This document shows, piece after piece, positions 30,732-40,111 of a stretch of 64,000 nt of DNA (positions within the stretch are counted from its first letter, which is position 1; each line of letters opens with the position of its first letter). Under the pieces are notes generated by a model. The model was not told where the DNA came from and did no database searches. It worked only from the letters and a program-made list of their open reading frames with translations. This DNA comes from Chamaesiphon sp. Lineage in GTDB: Bacteria; Cyanobacteriota; Cyanobacteriia; Cyanobacteriales; Chamaesiphonaceae. Location of the stretch: assembly GCA_965246715.1 (NCBI GenBank), contig CBDFFH010000012.1, positions 64,001 to 128,000 of the forward strand, given 5' to 3'. Position numbers and translations under genes: made by a program.

Positions 30732-31709
30732 TTGAAAATGTCACCTAGTAACAAAAACACTGCGGCAATTGCCTATACCTTCACTGCATATGTTCTCGGC
30801 ATTCTGTCGATCTGCTCTCCATCCTGGCAACTGAATGCACTTGGAGTAATCGCGATCGTCCATAGTTTAGTCACCGCCACCAATTTGGCGCACGAATTTA
30901 TTCACGGCAACATTTTCAAAGATCGCACAGCCAACGCTTGGTGGGGGCAGTTGATGACCCATCTGAATGGAGCTTGTTATGCTCCCTGGGAAAACTTGAC
31001 CGATTATCACCTCAACCATCATCTAGATCGGGCGGATGTGGTGAGATTGGATGCGATCGATTACATGAAACAGCTCCATCCCGTGCAGCGATCGATTTAT
31101 GTGGCGTTGGAGTGGTTGTACTTTCCCATCCTAGAGATGGATCTGCGCTGGCAGATTATTCTCGACCCCTGGCTGGATGAGAGCAAGCGATCGCGATTAG
31201 GCCGAAATTTGTTGCTCATCAGCTATCGGACTCTGGCCTTTAGTATCTTGGCCTGGATCTCGTGGCAGGCTGTTTTACTTTATTTTCTCGCCTATATTTC
31301 GTTTGTAAATGTGATGCGATTTGTGGATGCATTCCAGCACACTTATGAGTATGCGTTACCAGGACAGGAGTTAATTAAACGCGATCGTACATACGAGCAA
31401 GCCAACACTTTTTCTAACTTAGTATCCGTTCGATCTCCGTGGCTGAATTTGCTCTTGCTCAATTTTGGCTATCACAATGCCCATCACCACAACATGAGTT
31501 GTCCGTGGCACGATTTACCAGAATTACATAACAAGCTTTATGGGGATAGCGATCGCAATGTAATACCTCTATCTCAGCTAGTTTTCAACTATCATCGCTT
31601 TCGGATCGATCGATTATTTAATGGCCAAGGTGAGGTAAATACAGCAGCAGGCATCGATTTAAATAATTTTATTGGTGGTGTCACCGTTTCATTTTTGACT
31701 CCGCCATAA
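30732..31709 (+). CDS. Fatty acid desaturase-family membrane diiron enzyme
   Basis: His boxes HEFIH, HLNHH, HNAHH; divergent from the ABC operon. Confidence 0.87.
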   Translation: MKMSPSNKNTAAIAYTFTAYVLGILSICSPSWQLNALGVIAIVHSLVTATNLAHEFIHGNIFKDRTANAWWGQLMTHLNGACYAPWENLTDYHLNHHLDRADVVRLDAIDYMKQLHPVQRSIYVALEWLYFPILEMDLRWQIILDPWLDESKRSRLGRNLLLISYRTLAFSILAWISWQAVLLYFLAYISFVNVMRFVDAFQHTYEYALPGQELIKRDRTYEQANTFSNLVSVRSPWLNLLLLNFGYHNAHHHNMSCPWHDLPELHNKLYGDSDRNVIPLSQLVFNYHRFRIDRLFNGQGEVNTAAGIDLNNFIGGVTVSFLTPP

Positions 31710-31749
31710 TTTCAGCCGGAGGCTATTTCTTTCGCTCGACACAAGCTAA

Positions 31750-31842
31750 TTAATGTTAATTCTAGTTAAGGCTATTTGCTTCGTTCTAGTATCGCCAACG
31801 ATTTCAGTGTCTAGGCTCTTCATTATCCCGAACTGATGTTAA
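31750..31842. mobile_element. Internally deleted, inverted copy of the 15256-15434 MITE-like element
   Basis: Both ~45-bp arms align to the reverse complement of the 15.3-kb element; the central hairpins are missing. Confidence 0.7.
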
Positions 31843-34800
31843 TTAGGTTTCAATGCAATTAATACTTGTCCGGTAGACACCATTTGTCCTGGCTGACAAT
31901 AAACAGCCTCGATCGATCCCGCTTCATTAGCCTCGATCGTCATTTCCATTTTCATCGCTTCGAGGATGACTAGTCGATCTCCTGACTTCACCACATCGCC
32001 TGGTTTTACTAACACCTGCCACACATTTGCAGTTAAATGAGCATTAATTGGCGTACAGTTGGGCGGTAGATCTAGTTTTGGGGCGATCGGAGCGGGTTCT
32101 GGTTCGATCGATTGTCTGGTAAATTCTCCAGCAGCTTCCCAGGCAGTTCGTTCAGCTTGAAATGCGGCTTGTTGAGTATGTTTAAACTTCGCAATATCAG
32201 CGGCATTAGTGGTGAGAAATTGCTGGTATTCAGCTAGGCTAAATGTTGTTGCTTCAATCTTTAACTTCACCCGTCCATAAATCAGATCTTCGCGATATTG
32301 CAATAATTCGGCGGGAGAAACTGGGAAATATCTAATCCGATCGAAGAAGCGTAATAACCACGGTTTAGTAAAGTCCGCCGTCTGCCGATAACGATTCCAA
32401 ATCGGCACCGTGCGCCCGACAAATTGATAACCACCTGGCCCTTCCATGCCATAAATACACATATATGCACCACCGATACCGACGGCATTTTCTGGTGTCC
32501 AAGTGCGGGCGGGATTGTATTTCGTAGTAACTAGTCGGTGGCGCGGATCGATCGGAGTAGCGACTGGTGCGCCGAGATAAACATCGCCCAATCCCAACAC
32601 TAAATAGCTGGCAGCAAAGACAATTTGGCGGACGGCTGCGATCGAATCCAAGCCATTAATCCGGCGAATGAATTCGATATTGCTCGGACACCATGGGGCA
32701 TCGGCACGAACGGATTGGATGTATTTATCGATCGCTAGTTGGGTCGAATCATCATCCCAGGATAGGGGTAAATGCACGATCCGCGTGGGGATGGTTAACT
32801 GGTCGATACTTGGTAAATTTGCTCTAGCAATTGTTAACAGATCGAGTAATTCCTGTTCAGCTAAGACTCGACTATCGTAGTGAATTTGGAGCGATCGAAT
32901 GCCTGGAGTAAGATCGATAATTCCTTCAATGGGATTGGCTTTCAACCATTCCATTAAGGCGTAAATCTGAAATCGGAGATTCAGATCGAGAACTAATTCA
33001 CCATATTCAATTAAGAGATATTTATCACCCGATCGACGGTAGGTGGTGAGGTTGTCACTAAGAGGTAATTTATCTACTAATAATACTTGCTCTGGAGTAT
33101 CATCTCTTGCTTCAGATACGAGTGTGTCAATCTCCCGATCTTGGGCGAGTTCTAGGGCATTGGCACGCTCGATCGATATAGCTTGAAATCGAACTTTATC
33201 GCCTGGTTTGAGTTGACCAATTTTCCATAATTCCGCTTGAACGATTGTCGCGGGACAGACAAAACCGCCTAAACTAGGGCCATCGTGAGCGAGAATAATC
33301 GGCATATCGCCAGTAAAATCGACAGTCCCGATCGCGTAAGCATTATCATGGATATTCGAGGGATGTAATCCCGCCTCGCCGCCATCTGTCCTCGCCCAAA
33401 CTGGTTTGGGGCCGATCAGTCTAATGCCCGTCCGTGCTGAATTGTGATGAATTTCCCAATCGTTAGCGAAGAACATCTCAATATCTTCAGCTGTAAAGAA
33501 ATCCGGCGCACCGTGGGGGCCATAAATCACCCCAATTTCCCAGCGATCGGGATATACTGGAATCAGTTCAGGAGCTAGACTTTGAGGCGAAACCCTGCTA
33601 GCTGCAATCGCTCCATCCCCCCGCCTCTCCATCCCCCCATCTCCTGCAAAATGCAGCACATCCCCCGCACGTAAAATCCGCCCCCCGTGCCCGCCAAATT
33701 GACCGAGGGTAAAGGTGGATTTGCTACCCAAATAATCTGGAACATCGAAGCCGCCAGCAACGGTGAGATAGCTTCTATAGCCGTTTCCTTTAATGCTTGC
33801 TAGTTTTAATATGCTACCTTTTTTAACATTAATAACTGTCCACCACGGCACAGGTGCGCCGTCCAAGGTGGCTGACATCTGCGCTCCCGTCAGACAAATC
33901 GATCGATCGCAATTGAACCGGATTTTTGGCCCCGATACCGTACATTCCAAGCCAGCGGCATCTGGAGGGTTATTTAACAGTCGGTTCCCTAGCCTAAATG
34001 CGAGATGGTCGATCGGGCCAGATGGCGGTACGCCGACATCCCAGTAACCGATTCGCCCTGGATAATCTTGAATGGTGGTCTGGATGCCAGGATCGAGGAT
34101 ATCGATCGATCGCGGTTGATAATTGAGGGTATTTAAAAACTTTGTGTGGACTCTTCCGGCTTGATATTCGGGTTGAGAAATAGCTTGAAATAGGTAATCG
34201 AGATTGGTTTCAATTCCGGCGATCGCCGTGTTTTTTAGAGTAGTTTGAAGTTTGGCAATCGCACTTTCTCGATCGATGTCATGCACTAAGACCTTTGCTA
34301 ATAATGGGTCGTAATAAGGCGTGACTTCAGTGCCCGCTGCAATCCAACCATCGACACGTACATCATCAGGAAAATTTACAGCGGTTAATAATCCCGCACT
34401 CGGTTGGAAATTATGGTTAGGATCTTCGGCATAAATTCGGACTTGAATTGCATGTCCTTGGGGCTGATATTGGTAATTAGTTAAACCCAGATCTTCCCCC
34501 GCTGCTAATCGCACCATCCACTCCACTAAATCGATATTGCCGACTAATTCGGTCACGCCATGTTCGACTTGGAGGCGCGTATTTACCTCCAAAAAATAGA
34601 ACTCCTGACTATCGACATCGACGATAAATTCTACTGTACCAGCCGATCGATAGTTGACAGCTTTACCTAATTTCACAGCAGCAGCATAGAGTTGCGATCG
34701 CAAGTTATCATCGATACCTGGCGCGGGGGTTTCTTCGACTACTTTTTGATTCCGCCGTTGCAGCGAACAATCCCGTTCTCCCAAGGCAATGACATTGCCA

Positions 34801-35450
34801 TTACCATCACCAAAGATTTGGACTTCAATATGTCTAGCTCGATCGAGATAACGCTCCAAAAAAATCCCACCCTGACTAAAATTCTGCCTACTCAAGCGAT
34901 CGACTCGATCGAATGCTGCGGCTAAACTATCGGCATCGCGACAAATTTCCATCCCAATCCCGCCACCGCCAGCGGTACTTTTGAGCATGACTGGATAGCC
35001 AATCTGGGAGGCGATCGTTTCGGCTTGTGCTAGACTCTCCAGTAATTCACTACCAGTTAACATCGGAATGCCATTATCAGCCGCGATCGATCGGGCGGTA
35101 TGTTTGAGTCCAAATTGTTGTAATTGGGCTGGTGTCGGGCCGATAAAGGCGATCTGAGCGGCTTCACAAGCTACTGCAAACTTGGCATTCTCACTCAAGA
35201 AGCCATAGCCAGGATGGATGGCATCTACACCCATCTGTTGGGCGACTTCGAGAATGCGTACCCAGTTGAGATAACTTTCGGCAACAGGGGATGCGCCGAT
35301 ACAAATGGCTTCGGTGGCGAGGGTGGCAGCGGGGGTGTAGATGTCGGCTTCGGAATAGACGGCAACGGAAGGAATGTTGAGATGGTTGAGGGTGGTGAGG
35401 ATTCTCACCGCGATCTCGCCACGATTGGCAACTAGGATCTTTTTGAACAT
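31839..35450 (-). CDS. uca: Urea carboxylase family enzyme, probably guanidine carboxylase
   Basis: Biotin carboxylase domain ([21 protein letters not shown]), CT domain ([24 protein letters not shown]), biotinyl EAMKM. Confidence 0.95.
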   Translation of the reverse strand: MFKKILVANRGEIAVRILTTLNHLNIPSVAVYSEADIYTPAATLATEAICIGASPVAESYLNWVRILEVAQQMGVDAIHPGYGFLSENAKFAVACEAAQIAFIGPTPAQLQQFGLKHTARSIAADNGIPMLTGSELLESLAQAETIASQIGYPVMLKSTAGGGGIGMEICRDADSLAAAFDRVDRLSRQNFSQGGIFLERYLDRARHIEVQIFGDGNGNVIALGERDCSLQRRNQKVVEETPAPGIDDNLRSQLYAAAVKLGKAVNYRSAGTVEFIVDVDSQEFYFLEVNTRLQVEHGVTELVGNIDLVEWMVRLAAGEDLGLTNYQYQPQGHAIQVRIYAEDPNHNFQPSAGLLTAVNFPDDVRVDGWIAAGTEVTPYYDPLLAKVLVHDIDRESAIAKLQTTLKNTAIAGIETNLDYLFQAISQPEYQAGRVHTKFLNTLNYQPRSIDILDPGIQTTIQDYPGRIGYWDVGVPPSGPIDHLAFRLGNRLLNNPPDAAGLECTVSGPKIRFNCDRSICLTGAQMSATLDGAPVPWWTVINVKKGSILKLASIKGNGYRSYLTVAGGFDVPDYLGSKSTFTLGQFGGHGGRILRAGDVLHFAGDGGMERRGDGAIAASRVSPQSLAPELIPVYPDRWEIGVIYGPHGAPDFFTAEDIEMFFANDWEIHHNSARTGIRLIGPKPVWARTDGGEAGLHPSNIHDNAYAIGTVDFTGDMPIILAHDGPSLGGFVCPATIVQAELWKIGQLKPGDKVRFQAISIERANALELAQDREIDTLVSEARDDTPEQVLLVDKLPLSDNLTTYRRSGDKYLLIEYGELVLDLNLRFQIYALMEWLKANPIEGIIDLTPGIRSLQIHYDSRVLAEQELLDLLTIARANLPSIDQLTIPTRIVHLPLSWDDDSTQLAIDKYIQSVRADAPWCPSNIEFIRRINGLDSIAAVRQIVFAASYLVLGLGDVYLGAPVATPIDPRHRLVTTKYNPARTWTPENAVGIGGAYMCIYGMEGPGGYQFVGRTVPIWNRYRQTADFTKPWLLRFFDRIRYFPVSPAELLQYREDLIYGRVKLKIEATTFSLAEYQQFLTTNAADIAKFKHTQQAAFQAERTAWEAAGEFTRQSIEPEPAPIAPKLDLPPNCTPINAHLTANVWQVLVKPGDVVKSGDRLVILEAMKMEMTIEANEAGSIEAVYCQPGQMVSTGQVLIALKPN

Positions 35451-35578
35451 GATGTTTTGGTTTCTGCCGATAGATCGAGTTGGCTGAGAGCTTGTAACAT
35501 TATAATTTACATAAGATTTTTAACGAGCGTTGCGATGTAACTGACAATATTTTATTAATAGTCGATAAATGACACTCA

Positions 35579-36484
35579 ATGGCGCAATACAAGCACGATC
35601 GCTTTTTTAAGTTCTATATCCAGTCTCTCTACAAAACCAAAGGTGATACTCAACAAAATATTCAAGTTCGTAACGATGAAGATCTAGAAATCGATTTGAT
35701 GTTTATCAGTCAGCCAGGAAATGAAGGATGGCAGCAGGAAGACTTAGGCTTGTTCGACCTGTTAATGCAAGAACATCAAACGATTATTGTCGAGCATTAC
35801 AGCGGTTACTTGAACGAAATGGATATCCATAAGTCTATTACCCGAAAAAATTTATATTGGGAGCCAAAGTATAAAGAACAGTTAGAAATTGCCAGAGTCG
35901 ATCGGCAGTTGACAAAATCTCAGAGACTATCTCAAGAGTCATTAGACAAAATCGAGCAGCAAAATCCATTTACCTGGGTTCTCACAGTTAATTGCAGTGA
36001 GAATATCCTGAAGGCTTGTAGTGCTCAACCCGATCGAGAGTTGGGCGTGGGAGTGTATCGACTCATTCCGTTCTTGAGGATGGGCATTGTGGTTATCGAT
36101 AGATTGCCAGATAGTGAGGAAACTTTGTGGTTGAAAATGTTGGGAGATAAGGAATCTGCTCGGATAGCGTTTGGTGCTATCGATCGGTTGTCTTCCGACC
36201 GCAGGGAGAAAAATGATATAATCAAAGCATGTGTCAAGTATTGCGTTTATTTACGAGATGTACCTGTCGATAGCCTAACTTTAGAGGAGCAAGATTTTAT
36301 GAAAACGATGGCAGAAATCGATGCTTGGTATGATGAAGAAATTCATAATGCCGAACTTAGAGGTAAAAGAGAGGTCGCTCTGAAAATGATTCAGGAAAAT
36401 ATACCTTTAGAAATAGTTGTTCGTATGAGTGGATTTACAATCGAGCAACTTCAAGAAATGCAAGCTGAGAGTGGCAATAACTAA
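35579..36484 (+). CDS. Rpn-like / PD-(D/E)XK-type hypothetical protein
   Basis: N-terminal HDRFFK, EIDLMF..VEH; Rpn-type tail KREVALKMIQENIPLEIVVRMSGFTIEQL. Confidence 0.65.
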   Translation: MAQYKHDRFFKFYIQSLYKTKGDTQQNIQVRNDEDLEIDLMFISQPGNEGWQQEDLGLFDLLMQEHQTIIVEHYSGYLNEMDIHKSITRKNLYWEPKYKEQLEIARVDRQLTKSQRLSQESLDKIEQQNPFTWVLTVNCSENILKACSAQPDRELGVGVYRLIPFLRMGIVVIDRLPDSEETLWLKMLGDKESARIAFGAIDRLSSDRREKNDIIKACVKYCVYLRDVPVDSLTLEEQDFMKTMAEIDAWYDEEIHNAELRGKREVALKMIQENIPLEIVVRMSGFTIEQLQEMQAESGNN

Positions 36485-36574
36485 TTGTCAAGCTGAGGGT
36501 ATTTGTCATCGTATTAGTATATGTTGTATCAATTTTCTTAAATTGTAATCATTAAAACAGTAAAAATTAAACTC

Positions 36575-37084
36575 ATGAAACAAATTGGAGATCTTCAATC
36601 CGAAGCAATCGATGAGCATAAAAAGCGATTTTCCTGCTCATGTGAGTCAACAGTTTTACGCACCCGCGAGATCAGAGGTGGGGCGAAGCAGTATGTCTAT
36701 CAATGTGTCAGATGCGGAGAGGTTAGTTCTCAACCTGTAGCTAAGGTAAAGGCGTTAGAAATATGTGGCGGCAGCGAACCGCCTGAAATAGATACATCAC
36801 TTCGAGAGAACTGGAGAAAGTCAGAATCTGAAGAACGAGCTAATCTAAATGAAAGAACAAGGAATGTGTTTTGGTCTGGCTACACAGAGTATCTTAAATC
36901 TCCTGAGTGGGGCAAACGGCGACTCCTCGTTTTTGAAAGATCGAATGGCGTTTGTGAAGGCTGTGGAATGCAGCCTGCTACACAAGTCCATCATCATTCG
37001 TACAAGCATGTTGGCAATGAATTTCTCTTTGAACTAGCAGCAATTTGCGACTCTTGCCACGAACGCTTTCATTCTGAAGAATGA
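36575..37084 (+). CDS. HNH endonuclease with N-terminal zinc ribbon
   Basis: CSC...CVRC; YLKSPEW..RR, CEGC, VHHHSY, CDSCH. Confidence 0.8.
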   Translation: MKQIGDLQSEAIDEHKKRFSCSCESTVLRTREIRGGAKQYVYQCVRCGEVSSQPVAKVKALEICGGSEPPEIDTSLRENWRKSESEERANLNERTRNVFWSGYTEYLKSPEWGKRRLLVFERSNGVCEGCGMQPATQVHHHSYKHVGNEFLFELAAICDSCHERFHSEE

Positions 37085-37334
37085 GCAGATTAAGAGGATA
37101 AGCAAAGTTTATATCTAACTCCATTCAATATTCTGCTTGTCTCACCATTTAAAAATGATCGGTATAAGCTTGAGCGGGAAGAGCTATTGCGGCGGCTGGC
37201 GGTCTGGCTGCAGTCTGCTGAAGTTCAGTTAACTGCATTCGCGTGGGAATTTTTGTGTTTAATTCTGACATGAGAATTTGCTTCTCTAATTAAATAGGTT
37301 GAGATTGTTGGGTTTCACATTCGTTCAACCCAAC

Positions 37335-37988
37335 CTACACATGATTTGGGGCATCCCAAATCACCAGGCGAATTGGCGTGGGATTATAGGCATTGCAGGG
37401 ATTATTTACCTGAGGACAATTGGAGATTAATACCATCACATCCATCTCCGCTTGTAGCTCGACAATTTTACCAGCTTCCGAAATACCATCCACAATTTCT
37501 AAACTACCATCAGCACTTACAGGCACATTCATATAGAAATTAATATTACTCACCAAATCTCGCTTATTCATCTCATACTTACTCAATTCTAGTAAGTAGT
37601 TTTCCACACAGGCATGGAGATGTTTTTTGTGCAATCCATACCGAACAGAATTACTCTCCATACTGCACGCACCGCCGACGGTATCGTGACGACCGCAGGT
37701 ATCATTAATCACGGTCATCATTACATTCCCTTCATTGGAAATAATTTTGGTGCCAGTAGTGATGAAGATATTACCTTGACGAACGATCGTGTCTGGCGCA
37801 CTATAACGCTCGGATGGATCGTGAGCGTTATAAAATAGGGTATCGACTGCTTGATTGCCTTGGAGATCGATAATGCGAAGAGTCTGCCCAACTTTGACGA
37901 CTCGCGACCAAGGTTGACGCGATGGAATTACTTCATCATAGATAGCATTAGCCGGATCGAGTGTTGGGTTGGAAATTGTAGAAACCAT
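37335..37988 (-). CDS. cgdB: Carboxyguanidine deiminase subunit B (urea carboxylase-associated, DUF1989)
   Basis: GNQAVD, DTCGRHDT.GGAC, INFYMNVP, SNCPQVNNPCN. Confidence 0.9.
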   Translation of the reverse strand: MVSTISNPTLDPANAIYDEVIPSRQPWSRVVKVGQTLRIIDLQGNQAVDTLFYNAHDPSERYSAPDTIVRQGNIFITTGTKIISNEGNVMMTVINDTCGRHDTVGGACSMESNSVRYGLHKKHLHACVENYLLELSKYEMNKRDLVSNINFYMNVPVSADGSLEIVDGISEAGKIVELQAEMDVMVLISNCPQVNNPCNAYNPTPIRLVIWDAPNHV

Positions 37989-38128
37989 GTTTATATTTAG
38001 GGTTAGTAATATTAGTAGATATTGGGATCGATAATATGGATCTCTAGGGGCGGGTTTATGCCATTAATATCGACTGTACTAAAAATTCAATTCAAACCCG
38101 CCCAACCCACACATCAATTCAAAACTGC

Positions 38129-38857
38129 TTAATCCTGTGCAAATAACGCATCGGTGTTGACAAATCCCCGCACAACTTCAGTATTTGCCGTCCGACAAAA
38201 ATCATCAGCCATTGGTGCCGGAGATTTCCAGATTGTTAATTGAATCGGTTGCGGCTTATATTCCGTACTCGGATGCAAAACATGAGGACAATTTGACACG
38301 ATCGCGAGGACATTCATTTCCGCACGCAAATCGATATAACTACCTACTTTTTCGCAAGATCGATCGTATTGCAAATCTCCATCGGGGGAGACAGCAACGC
38401 GACTAAAGAGATTGATATTCGGCATCAAATCTTTGCGGGTTAAACCCCGTTTTCCCAAGGCTTTGAGAAAGTTATTACGCGAGTTATTGAAGTCACCATC
38501 GCCATATTTAGCGGTATTACTTGCCGCATTGCTACAGCCGCAAATTAGGTCGTGACAGCCAGATGTATCGCTAGTAATCGAGCACAAAATTCTGCCCATA
38601 TCCGAGTACATCACCATCCCTTGTTTCAGGAAGGCATTGAACTGGATTTTGGCTGTATCCGCGACGTTTAAGCGTTCGATCGGACTGTCGGCATTGTAGC
38701 AAACGAAGGATACGCCATGCGAGCCAGCTAGATCGGTAATGCGGAGCGTGTTACCGCGCTTGATGATGCCGTGCCAATAGTCGCCTCCTGGCAACTTTTC
38801 ATCAAGAAGGATGAGGCTAGAGTCAATTTCTGACTGTGGAGCTAGAGTCGTATTCAT
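38129..38857 (-). CDS. cgdA: Carboxyguanidine deiminase subunit A (urea carboxylase-associated, DUF1989)
   Basis: ERLNVADTAKIQ, SDMGR, HD, NLFSRV, SNCPH; first gene after the riboswitch. Confidence 0.9.
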   Translation of the reverse strand: MNTTLAPQSEIDSSLILLDEKLPGGDYWHGIIKRGNTLRITDLAGSHGVSFVCYNADSPIERLNVADTAKIQFNAFLKQGMVMYSDMGRILCSITSDTSGCHDLICGCSNAASNTAKYGDGDFNNSRNNFLKALGKRGLTRKDLMPNINLFSRVAVSPDGDLQYDRSCEKVGSYIDLRAEMNVLAIVSNCPHVLHPSTEYKPQPIQLTIWKSPAPMADDFCRTANTEVVRGFVNTDALFAQD

Positions 38858-38910
38858 CGCAAAATCTCTAGATTGGGAATGTAATTAGATCGCAGGTAGG
38901 GTAGATACCA

Positions 38911-38955
38911 TAAGCCGAGGAAATCCACAGCAAAGCTGAAGTGGTTCTCCCGGGC
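38911..38955 (-). terminator. Riboswitch expression-platform hairpin
   Basis: Minus strand GCCCGGGAGAACCAC..GTGGATTTCCTCGGC-TTA pairs the aptamer 3' tail; U tract is short. Confidence 0.6.
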
Positions 38956-39057
38956 TTTTATCCCGCCGTGTGACCGAATTAGTAGTGTCAATTCACTCCC
39001 AATCGGCGGCTTCTCTCGGACCAGTCATCGAAGATACTCGATCGGAACCCTAGAAGC
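38947..39057 (-). ncRNA. Guanidine-I (ykkC-yxkD) riboswitch aptamer
   Basis: Minus strand GCTTCTAGGGTTCCG..CTGGTCCGAGAGAAGC..ACACGGCGGGATAAAAGCCCGGGAG, upstream of cgdAB. Confidence 0.95.
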
Positions 39058-39090
39058 AATCCTGACTTGATATTTAGTTTAATGTCACAG

Positions 39091-39132
39091 ATCTTAGCAA
39101 CCCATGCTGGGATGAAAAGTATCTGACAATAC
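39091..39132 (-). promoter_or_regulatory. NtcA-activated promoter (GTA-N8-TAC-N22-TAN3T)
   Basis: GTATTGTCAGATAC (39132-39119), exactly 22 nt, then TAAGAT (39096-39091) preceded by TGn. Confidence 0.82.
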
Positions 39133-39205
39133 CGTTATTTATTTGTCAATTAGTGGCTACCGATCGAATCCAAGCTGTCGATCGACAATTTTGCAAACTG
39201 ATATT

Positions 39206-39631
39206 TTAAACCTGAACTCGATCGATCTCTACCGATTTAATATAGTTTCGCCATCCACCAAACTTAGTGATTTCTAGTTGTCCTTCACACAAAAATGGTT
39301 CGCCCAGAACGCCTAAAACTTCAGTACGATCGGCTAATTTAACTTTACCAATACATAATCCAGCGGGTTCTTGTTGCAAGATTTTGGCTAGTCCAGCTAA
39401 AGGTACCGACCAGATTTCTAGTTCGATTGATTCTCCCCCAGTACTCACTCTCATCATCGCCGGATGACGATCGTCGATCGACCACAACCGGTAAATCGGT
39501 GTGGTCGCGATTTCGCGGACAAATACTGCGCCAACCTGTTGCAAGTTATCATTTAGCTCCAATCCGCGCATTAAAGTTCCATTCACAGCTAATTCACAAG
39601 TACCTGACATATTTTCAATTTTAGATATCAT
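39206..39631 (-). CDS. Standalone allophanate hydrolase C-terminal-like / gamma-glutamylcyclotransferase-fold protein
   Basis: LAVNGTLMRGLELN, TTPIYRL, IELEIW, EPAGLCIGKVKL, ITKFGGWRNY. Confidence 0.82.
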   Translation of the reverse strand: MISKIENMSGTCELAVNGTLMRGLELNDNLQQVGAVFVREIATTPIYRLWSIDDRHPAMMRVSTGGESIELEIWSVPLAGLAKILQQEPAGLCIGKVKLADRTEVLGVLGEPFLCEGQLEITKFGGWRNYIKSVEIDRVQV

Positions 39632-40111
39632 ATTAATCCTTTATCGATCGCTTCAACGGCTAAGGGATTGTACAAGAATCAGCTCATGCTTGTTGAAGAG
39701 ATAGATGGCGGGGATGAAACAGCACGCTAAATAAAATGCAGCAGTTGTTGGTAAGCTTCACAAGTCAGACCAGAGAGTCGTTGTCCTAGACACACTACTT
39801 GGATTTTATAGGTAAAAATCTTAACATATCTTAGCATAAAGCGAACTTTCGTGGTCTGACGATCGCGATCGATCCAAAAAAAAATATCGATCGGCGCTAA
39901 AGCCACTGACAGTAAGCGATTGCGAAACTTTCACTCGTGTCGATCGATTGACGAACGGAACAGATTGATGTTAATCATCATCCTAGTGAAAACTAGAACC
40001 GTGCTAGCTTAAATCCCCCAATTTACACATCTTTACTGTCAATCGCATCAACCGATCGAGTTAATTTTCGATCGAAGAAATCTAGCTCTACCTTTTCTAT
40101 CCCTCACCTCC

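Noticed and set aside
37151..37273. Short open frame KNDRYKLEREELLRRLAVW after the HNH gene
   Set aside because: No start codon or recognisable family; at most a remnant
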